Source of the DNA: Bryobacteraceae bacterium
GTDB lineage: Bacteria; Acidobacteriota; Terriglobia; Bryobacterales; Bryobacteraceae
Reading direction: 5' to 3'
DNA: 26,783 nt
Assembly: GCA_041484155.1 (NCBI GenBank)
Contig: JBGPHB010000001.1
Coordinates: forward strand, 1 to 26,783
In this document: positions 8,738-16,062 of the stretch, in pieces
How the letters are laid out: every line of letters begins with the position of its first letter
How positions within the stretch are numbered: the stretch's first letter is position 1
Program-made: the position numbers and the translations under genes
The notes under the pieces: model-generated
Told to the model about the DNA's origin: nothing
What the model saw: the letters and a program-made list of their open reading frames with translations, nothing else
Database searches by the model: none

Positions 8738-9880
8738 CTCGAAGGCTGGAGGTCCGCCGCCCCGGAGGGCGTTCACTTCGTCGCTAGATCGCCCGGGGGG
8801 CACTACCGCATAAAGAGTGATCGGCACCGTCTGCTGCACGAACCCGCGCAGCGCCCGCCCAAGACCCCAATCCACGAAATCGCACAGAGCGACGCAGTGC
8901 CAGTCAGCATCGCGCCAGCGGTCAAACAGGTGGTCGAGCATGGCGCGAAACATCGACGCGCGCGCCGTTTCCGTGAGCTGGTCGCTAAACGTCAGATGGG
9001 TAAGGTAGGGAGACCGCAGCGGCTCGCCGGCCTCGGGAATCCGCAGCGGCGGGCGCGGCAGGAAGCTCGCCGCAAGTCCCAGGAGGCGCAATGCCGGAGG
9101 CACCCGCGAAACTACCGTTTGCTTGACCTGGCACGGCGACCAGGGCGCGACACACGACACGATCTCCTCGCCTTCGGCGGCATACACAAAATCAGTAACC
9201 GATAGCCCATCCCACCGGGCGAGCCGTCTCTCGAATTCCCCGCAGAAGCCAAGCGGGAGGCGCCGATTGTTTTCTTCAAAAAAAGCCGCCAGCCGCTCGC
9301 GATCTCCCGGAGCGGCGTCGCGTACCTGCCAGCGCCTGCTCGCATGCCCGGCCCGAGGGATCGGCAATCGGACGATGAGATTACGCATCGTGAACGGAGC
9401 GAGCGGAACATACCCCGGCAGCCCCGCGCGTCGCGAGCCGAGCGCCAGACGCGCGGGCCGATTGTCGTCGAGGATGGTGGTGAACCAATGTGTGCAATCG
9501 GCCAGTTCATCGATCTCTCCGGAACGCGCGAGGAACTCGCTGTACAAGCGGCGCCACATGGGCCCGGCGGACCGGTCGAACCTGACCCGCAGGTCACCAA
9601 GATAGCCCACCGTCGTCAGCCGGCCGGCCACCCATGCCGGGCGCAGCGATACCGTACCGATGCCACGCACGGCGCCGGCGGCGTCTTCGGTTATGAGAAC
9701 GTGCGCACGATCTGCCTGATAGCGGAGCAGCCCGAAGAAGTCAGGACGGCGGCGGTACTGTACCGTGAAGCCCGCCGAGCGCATGGGCGCCCGCTCGAAG
9801 AACTCGAGGATACGTGCGTTGTCGTTCGGCGTCGCGAGCCGCGCCGTGGGATAGCGAGCGATCAGTTCCGCGAAGCGCAT
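8723..9880 (-). CDS. Large GNAT-fold (probably tandem GNAT) acyltransferase-like protein
   Basis: The pattern RRPDFF...GIGTVSLRPAWVAG...VGYLGDLRV...TTILDDNRPA is GNAT-like. The length of 385 aa suggests two GNAT lobes. Substrate unknown. Confidence 0.6.
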   Translation of the reverse strand: MRFAELIARYPTARLATPNDNARILEFFERAPMRSAGFTVQYRRRPDFFGLLRYQADRAHVLITEDAAGAVRGIGTVSLRPAWVAGRLTTVGYLGDLRVRFDRSAGPMWRRLYSEFLARSGEIDELADCTHWFTTILDDNRPARLALGSRRAGLPGYVPLAPFTMRNLIVRLPIPRAGHASRRWQVRDAAPGDRERLAAFFEENNRRLPLGFCGEFERRLARWDGLSVTDFVYAAEGEEIVSCVAPWSPCQVKQTVVSRVPPALRLLGLAASFLPRPPLRIPEAGEPLRSPYLTHLTFSDQLTETARASMFRAMLDHLFDRWRDADWHCVALCDFVDWGLGRALRGFVQQTVPITLYAVVPPGRSSDEVNALRGGGPPAFEMAMV

Positions 9881-9893
9881 CCGGGATACTCAG

Positions 9894-10934
9894 TCAGAAG
9901 TAACGCTTTTGGAGGACCGAGAGATCCTCCGGGAACGGAATGGGTGCGCGGAAAACCAGCAGGTAACGGTACCATATCGGCTGTGTCTCCTTTGGGTTGC
10001 TGCTCTTGTGCAGCTCCTGCCATGGCATGGCCGGGTTGCGGTGGTGCGTGAGGTTGTAATTGAAGTTTAGGAACAATACTCGTATCCACGACGGCGCACG
10101 CAGGTTGTACGCACCTTCGATAACATGGACTGGCGTGCGCATGTGGTAGATCCACTGCAGCGACGACCAACTGAATGCGAAAGCGGCGTACGATATGGCT
10201 AGCGTCTGCCAGTGCCATGGCCCCAGCCACAGCACGCCAGTCCAGAACACGAGCAACCACAAGCCCTCCCACTGCATCATCCGCCATTCACGCGCTTTGA
10301 TCTCACCGAAACCCGTGGCGAACGTATTGAACCGCTCGCCCCGCGCGAGCCACTGTGAAAAACGGTATGGAACCAGTGGCACGATCAGAGGAAACAAGAA
10401 CGAAACCAGCCAGATTCCCCCCAGAATCGCCAGGTAGTACTGGGCTGTCTTCCAGATTGGGTGTTCGCCTGGGTGAATAAAGTCCGCGCGCTCCGCCTCC
10501 GTGCGATTACGGCGGTGATGTCCCCAATGCTGGACGCGAAACAACGTTGGCGCGGTGCTGAAGATCGTCGCGGTGATCCAGCCAATCAAGTAGTTAAGCC
10601 GGGGATTGCGGTGTGCGTTCCCGTGGCAGAACTCGTGCAGCATGGTGAAAACGCCCTGCATCATGAGGCAGAACGCCACGCCTCCACACGCGCGGACAAT
10701 CCAGGGAATCCGAGCGCCGTCTATGAGCGTGAGGAGGGCCGCCCATCCTGCCACCTGCACCGCAGTGACGCCCAGATTGGCATTACTATAGCGGCCGAGA
10801 TAGTTCCAGTCCGGCTCGACATGCGGCATCATGCTCTCGCCTTCGACTTCAATTTTCCGTTGCGCCGCCGGCTTCTGGATGCGCGGCGAGGGCAGAGATT
10901 TGGCCGGTGCTTGGGACGGTTTGCCTAACGTCAT
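9894..10934 (-). CDS. Fatty-acid-desaturase-superfamily enzyme (desaturase 2) with an atypical third His box
   Basis: HEFCH, HWGHH, WIYH and NFNYNLTHH. Start placed at the ATG at 10934, which forms an ATGA overlap with the upstream stop (alternative MM at 10832/10829). Confidence 0.85.
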   Translation of the reverse strand: MTLGKPSQAPAKSLPSPRIQKPAAQRKIEVEGESMMPHVEPDWNYLGRYSNANLGVTAVQVAGWAALLTLIDGARIPWIVRACGGVAFCLMMQGVFTMLHEFCHGNAHRNPRLNYLIGWITATIFSTAPTLFRVQHWGHHRRNRTEAERADFIHPGEHPIWKTAQYYLAILGGIWLVSFLFPLIVPLVPYRFSQWLARGERFNTFATGFGEIKAREWRMMQWEGLWLLVFWTGVLWLGPWHWQTLAISYAAFAFSWSSLQWIYHMRTPVHVIEGAYNLRAPSWIRVLFLNFNYNLTHHRNPAMPWQELHKSSNPKETQPIWYRYLLVFRAPIPFPEDLSVLQKRYF

Positions 10935-12448
10935 CGCAGCGCTCCGCTCCACAGGTGCGGCACAAGCTCGCGACCCGGACGCTGGCGGGCGGCGGGGAAC
11001 ACCACTGCCAGCCTGTCCCACGGCAGATCCGGCCGCCCATGATGCTCGCGATGATAGTTGATGTTGTGCGGCCAGATGGTTAGCCGGCCTACCAAACCCG
11101 GCGCCCAACTGTGCGATGGGCCCTCACGTGCGCCGGCGCCCGTATGCTCGGCGAAACTGCGCACTTTCTGCAGCAGTTGCGTGAGCGTAAAGTATGGGAG
11201 GAACCAGAGTAGGGCCAGGCGCAGGGCGACGGACGGCCACACCAGCATGACCGCGCCCCACACACAGGCATACGCGGCAAACTGGGCTGTGAGTTCGGGA
11301 TAGGCGTGCGTGGCCGGCAATCTCAGCCTCCGCGTGTTCCCTCGCTCCTGGAGGTAGCGCCACGCCATGACGATGGTGTACCAGCCAAACACGTCGCCAG
11401 CGAGTTGCCGCGCCAACGCAGCCAGCGCCAGCGGCCGGTAAGCCCACGGTTGGCCGCGATAGAGGAGCACCCGCTCGGGATCGCGTTCGGTCCCGAGATC
11501 CCGGTGATGGCTCAGATGGAGCGCGCGGTACAGGTGAATGGGAAGCAGTACAGGCACTCCGACGGCTGAGTTTACAACGAAGTCGTTGACCCGAAGGCTG
11601 CGCGCCACCAGTCCATGGACACCATCGTGAAAAAGCGCGAGCAAGGCGTGCTGCCGCGTCGCGATGATCAAGATGGCCAACACGACCATAGCCGGATTCC
11701 ACCAGCGAAGCGCGGCGAGCGCTACCGCTGCGATGATGCCCCACTCCATCGCGAGTGCGCGCACCGTCGGCCAGTGGAGGGCCAAAGCGCTTGAAACCCG
11801 GCGCCGGCCCCAGCCCACCAATCCGATGGCGGAGAGAGCGCCCAGCGCGGCTCCAGACAGTACATCGACCAGGTAGTGCTGCTTTGTCAACAGCGCCGAA
11901 GCGGCCAGCACGGCCGTCCACGAAGAGAACAGCGCCGCCAACCAGCGCCATCGGCGCGCATGACTCCGGCCTGCCGGGCGCGCGACCAATTGAGCTGCCA
12001 ACGCCATGGCTACGGGAACCGAGACATGCCCGCTCGGCATTGCGCAGAACGGCGGGTCAATGTGCTGAATGAAAGCGAGTAGCGTGCCGGCTGGCGCCGC
12101 CGGGCGCGCCGCGAGCCGCGTCGGCACCGCGAGATACAGCATCAGGTTCACCAGCGCGCAGCCTACGGTCGCGGTAAACACTCGCGCAAAACCAGGAAGC
12201 GCCCGCGCCAGGAGGACCAGAAGCGGCAGGAGGAACACATACGTGAGATAGGGCGCCGCGGCCGCTGGCGCGAACTCGATCTTCCGGTCCAGCGCACTCG
12301 GGGTCACTACGAGGGGTGCGGTGTACGGCGCGTGCGAGGCGAGCACATACAGGACCGACGTCAGCAGAGTATGCGCGGTTAGAACCTGCCACGGACGGTT
12401 ACCGGCGAGGCGCAAGAAAGCGTTGAATACGCGAGCAGGGCTATCCAT
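10931..12448 (-). CDS. Fusion of a PAP2/inositol-phosphorylceramide-synthase-like membrane domain and a fatty-acid desaturase domain
   Basis: N-half: PFCAMPSGH and KQHYLVDVLSG (PAP2-type H...H-x-x-x-D). C-half: HDGVH, HLSHH, FAEH and NINYHREHH. Start ATG 12448 overlaps the upstream TGA (TGATG). Confidence 0.85.
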   Translation of the reverse strand: MDSPARVFNAFLRLAGNRPWQVLTAHTLLTSVLYVLASHAPYTAPLVVTPSALDRKIEFAPAAAAPYLTYVFLLPLLVLLARALPGFARVFTATVGCALVNLMLYLAVPTRLAARPAAPAGTLLAFIQHIDPPFCAMPSGHVSVPVAMALAAQLVARPAGRSHARRWRWLAALFSSWTAVLAASALLTKQHYLVDVLSGAALGALSAIGLVGWGRRRVSSALALHWPTVRALAMEWGIIAAVALAALRWWNPAMVVLAILIIATRQHALLALFHDGVHGLVARSLRVNDFVVNSAVGVPVLLPIHLYRALHLSHHRDLGTERDPERVLLYRGQPWAYRPLALAALARQLAGDVFGWYTIVMAWRYLQERGNTRRLRLPATHAYPELTAQFAAYACVWGAVMLVWPSVALRLALLWFLPYFTLTQLLQKVRSFAEHTGAGAREGPSHSWAPGLVGRLTIWPHNINYHREHHGRPDLPWDRLAVVFPAARQRPGRELVPHLWSGALR

Positions 12449-13563
12449 CAGATCCAAAAGGATACCTCCTCAACCGATGGCTCGGGAGGCGAGCCCGTAC
12501 CACCCAGCTCGGCGTGATTGCGAAGGGACTCAATATAATCGTGCAGCAAGTCGGCAGGAGTTGATTTGAAGCAGGTCTCGCCACCGAAGCGGCGCAAGTT
12601 GTTACCCTGCACGCTCATGATTTCGACATCCTGCCGTATCACTTGGCGCGTGTAGAGGGGTAGCCAGAGCGGTGCGAAAGCGTTCAGCCACCCAAGCCTG
12701 TAACTGATCAGCGTATAGACCACCGTGTCGTAGGGCCCGCGCGGCGTGCACGTACTGGTGATGGTGATTCCGCGCCGCGAGCCGAAGGTGTAGTCCACGC
12801 GTGTGTTATTCGGCATGTAGAACCTGTCGGAGTGTTTTGTCGGCGCACCTTCGGGATTCAGGATCCGCCCCGTGAATCCGATCTCGTCGTTCGGAAGATG
12901 GTACGTCACCAGAACGCTCTCGGAGGTGCGTTCGACCACTACGCTCACGCGCCTGTGCGCCGGTTTGCGGAACCAGCCGGCGTGAACAAAGGTGGTGTGA
13001 GGGACGTCCATGAAGTTTTCGATGAGATGAGTAACCTCGTTGGAAAACTCCGTCACCATATAGTAGGCGCCCCAGCCGGGCGTCTCCCAATACGGCATGG
13101 CGAAGGGATCGCGGGTCGGAGTGAGGTTGCCCATCCATACCCAGACGAGTCCGTGACGCTCGCGGACGGGAAATCTGGGCACGCGGCATTCCACCGGTGG
13201 CACGCGGGTTCCCTCCGACGGCACGACGATACATCGTCCCTCGGCGTCGTAAACCCATCCGTGGTAGGGGCAGCCAAGCTTGCCGTCCAGCACCTCACCT
13301 TTGGAGAGAGCAGTACCGCGGTGTGCGCAGCGATCCTCCATCGCTACGGCGCACCCGCCTACGGCGCGCCAAAGCACCAGCGGTTGCTCTAGAATTACGC
13401 GTGCGAGCGGCCGCTTGCTCGTGAGCTCACTCGACAGTGCGGCTGCATACCAAGCCTCCTTGAGCAGGCCGGATCGCTCGCGCATCCGAGCACCCGGGCC
13501 GGGTTGCAGGACCTGGATCCCACATGGAACCGCGGAACTCTGGACAGTAGGATGCGCACTCAT
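12448..13563 (-). CDS. Rieske non-heme iron oxygenase, alpha subunit (VanA/PaO-like)
   Basis: Rieske ligands DRCAHRG...CPYHGW, mononuclear Fe motif ENFMDVPHTTFVH and C-terminal QDVEIM. ATGA overlap with the upstream stop. Confidence 0.92.
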   Translation of the reverse strand: MSAHPTVQSSAVPCGIQVLQPGPGARMRERSGLLKEAWYAAALSSELTSKRPLARVILEQPLVLWRAVGGCAVAMEDRCAHRGTALSKGEVLDGKLGCPYHGWVYDAEGRCIVVPSEGTRVPPVECRVPRFPVRERHGLVWVWMGNLTPTRDPFAMPYWETPGWGAYYMVTEFSNEVTHLIENFMDVPHTTFVHAGWFRKPAHRRVSVVVERTSESVLVTYHLPNDEIGFTGRILNPEGAPTKHSDRFYMPNNTRVDYTFGSRRGITITSTCTPRGPYDTVVYTLISYRLGWLNAFAPLWLPLYTRQVIRQDVEIMSVQGNNLRRFGGETCFKSTPADLLHDYIESLRNHAELGGTGSPPEPSVEEVSFWI

Positions 13564-15170
13564 CGTGCCGCCTCGGACAGTTCGGAAGGCGCGGCCGTCA
13601 CGCCGCCAAAGACCGCGCTCCAGTCCAGGCGGTTATCGAGGTACGTGGGCTTGATGTTGCCCGGCCGTTGGCCTGTGGCGACGCAGGCCCGATGGTAGCG
13701 CGCGGCGCCGTCCCGGACAGCAACGGCCTCGATCGCCGCGAGCTGGCCGAGAGCGCGGGCGTAGCGGTAGCTATCGTTCTCGGCAAGGGCGCGGTCGAGA
13801 CGATCCCCAAACGCCCGCAGGTTTGCGTCGTCGGTCCCTTCGCCGTAGAGTCTGTAGCGCGGCGGGTCCCCGGCCACGGGAGTCACCAGCGCGAAGGAGA
13901 GCGACACCGCGGTGTCTTGCTCCGCGCGCCGCAGCGCCGCAGCGACCAACCGCGCGTTGAGCTTCTCCCCGCAGACGTCGCAGACTTGATCGATGCGCCC
14001 CTCGAAGTGCAACAGCGGCGCCTGCATGTAAAAACCGTGGCAACGCACGGCGTCTCCGAAGCGATAGCGATAAAAGCCGCCTCCCGTCGAGACCACGGGC
14101 CCATAACTAGCTCCGCTGCGCAGCTAGTGAGCGAGCCGGAGTCGCGATTTCGGGTGCTCAAGATCCACGAATTCGAGAAAGTGTCCAGCCACGGCGGCCA
14201 CCTCGTGCGACTCGTCGCCGTGCAGCAAAGGGAACGATACGACGCCTTCGGTAGCCAGAAGACCTTTCGGCTGTACGCGGGCATGCGGAACGTACCGGCG
14301 GAGCGCCGGCAGCGCATCAGCGGACGCGCCGTCAGCCCAACAGGAAACCAGCGCGAGGCGCGGCCACAGCGCCTCACCGAGCGCATACCTCCCGAGCCGG
14401 GCACGCACATCCGCCGCGCGGCGGGGTGTCAGCCCCCCCAGCAACTCGTCCAGCCGGGCCTCGATGGTCCGGAGGAGCAGTGTGAAGAACGAAGGATGCC
14501 AGATCGAGACCAGGCCCAGGTTCGCGGACGCCACGAGATGTCGTGCCGTGGCCATCGACCAGGCTTCCATATCCTGGAGCCGGGCGACCGCCGGCGGCAC
14601 GGCGAGCGTGCGTCGCAGCGCCATCCGTGCGAGCGAACCGAAATACTGCGTGTCGTCGGCAAAACCGATGGGCACACCGCCCGGCGTGCGCTCGGGCCCC
14701 CGCATCGCGGGCGAAATCGACCAGTAGCCGCTGGCGCCGCGCAGGGCTGGGAGCGAGGTGTAAAGGTCATGCAGCCAAGGGCCGGTGGCCGCCGCGAATT
14801 CCGCAAGCAAGGTGTTGGTGTACGGCACGAGCTTGTTGGGCGCCGTCGAGCCGCTGGTTCGCTCAAACACACGAACCGGCTCCGCGGTGAGTACATTCCG
14901 CTCTCCGCAGGAAGCGCGCTGTACCCAAGGCTCCAGCTCATCGTAGCCAACGACGGGCACGCGGTTCTGCCAGTCGCGGACGGAAAATACCCGGTCGAAT
15001 CCGTGCGCTCGGCCGTATTGTGAGTTCGTGTTCGCGGCCACTAACCTCCGGAGCCGGGCCGCCTGCGCAGACTCGCATCCTCGCGCCGCGCGATCGAAAC
15101 GCCGCCGAGCCAGCGTAAGCGAGGCTCGGTACGCCGCATGGATCGCCCGCAACAGCACTGTCCCAGGCAT
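13560..15170 (-). pseudogene. GH3-family acyl-adenylate/amide ligase interrupted by a single in-frame TAG at 14124-14126
   Basis: ORFs 14124..15170 and 13560..14096 are in the same frame and read RLAH*LRSGASYGPVVSTGGGFYRYRFGD across the stop. GH3 motifs FERTSGST, GLLATEG and YRYRFGD. A read-through product would be 536 codons. Confidence 0.85.
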
Positions 15171-15179
15171 GGTTTCAGT

Positions 15180-15950
15180 TCACCGTTCAGTCACGCCTCC
15201 GCGGACCATCCGCCTTCCGGCGGGAGTGAGGTTCTCCTGGTCAAGCGATGCAAGGCATACCAGTTCGTCGCCGGCGATGTAACCCGGGTTCCGTTCCATG
15301 AAAAACCTTACGTGCTGGTCCGAGTACCTGCCCTCCGGAACGATGAGCAACTCCGCTCGAAGAACCTGCGGCTTCGAGAAACGCACTACGCCGATTTCGC
15401 GGTGATACTTCGCGCCGAATCGTTCCAGGCTTAGCGCATCGATCAGCGTCTGCTCCGCCGCCGGCGTGCTTTCGTCGTATCTTGGGTAGAATCGCCGCCA
15501 GAATACGGACATAAACCGATACGTTCGGAAACCAGACGTGAGCAGCAGCCAGTACAGATCTCCTTCCGGATAATCGCGACGGAGTTGGTAGACAGATTGG
15601 ATCCATGCTCGCGGTAACGCGGAAGAGCCCCACGCGGACGGCTCCACGATGGTGTCTCCGGAGTGAACCACAGTGAGCGGCCGGCCGTTTGTCCGGGTCG
15701 CGCATATGAGCAGGGTTGAGAAACCATGCAGCCCGCCGGCGGCGTCTTCGAGCAGGACGACCCAGTTCTTCTCCTGGAGATCTGCCTGAAACGTCTGGAA
15801 GTCGACCCCCGTAAAATTCTGAGCCAGCAACTCGAACAGCTGGCGAATCTTACCGGGAGCTAACTCCGCGCGTGAAACGAGCCTGCCGGCCAATGCTAAA
15901 CGAGGTCGCTCGGCCAACACAGGGCCGGGGGAAAATCCTGTTCCATTCAT
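15180..15950 (-). CDS. GNAT-like protein adjacent to the GH3 gene
   Basis: KNWVVLLED..G.LHGFSTL, VVHSGDTIVEPSAWGSSAL and YWLLLTSGFRTYRF form an acyltransferase-like pattern. The stop lies 9 nt before the GH3 start. Confidence 0.6.
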   Translation of the reverse strand: MNGTGFSPGPVLAERPRLALAGRLVSRAELAPGKIRQLFELLAQNFTGVDFQTFQADLQEKNWVVLLEDAAGGLHGFSTLLICATRTNGRPLTVVHSGDTIVEPSAWGSSALPRAWIQSVYQLRRDYPEGDLYWLLLTSGFRTYRFMSVFWRRFYPRYDESTPAAEQTLIDALSLERFGAKYHREIGVVRFSKPQVLRAELLIVPEGRYSDQHVRFFMERNPGYIAGDELVCLASLDQENLTPAGRRMVRGGVTER

Positions 15951-16001
15951 AATCCCGTCACTTCACCCCGAACGATTCAATGAGGACAAAATCAGTTCGA
16001 T

Positions 16002-16012
16002 CACTATATCAC
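16002..16012 (-). promoter_or_regulatory. Candidate extended -10 promoter GTGATATAGTG (copy 1)
   Basis: TG-A-TATAGT matches TGnTATAAT with 1 mismatch and lies about 50 nt upstream of ATG 15950. An identical 11-mer is at 17719-17729. Confidence 0.5.
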
Positions 16013-16062
16013 AGACCACGGCCCTCGCTGGGCGCAGATGCGGAAGTGCCGGCGCGATCCGG

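Noticed and set aside
10935-11108. N-terminal extension of desaturase 2 given by the ORF track
   Set aside because: It overlaps the upstream fusion gene. The ATGA coupling at 10931-10934 gives a more plausible start.
14124-14126. Pyrrolysine or selenocysteine recoding of the GH3 stop
   Set aside because: The codon is TAG, so not Sec. No pyl genes are visible, the position corresponds to a non-catalytic residue, and the hairpin includes the stop rather than lying downstream of it.
13668-15023. 451-aa plus-strand ORF, and the many other 60-275-aa ORFs overlapping called genes
   Set aside because: Antisense or alternate-frame shadows typical of high-GC DNA. They are Arg/Ala/Pro-rich with no family motifs, while the opposite frame has clear motifs.
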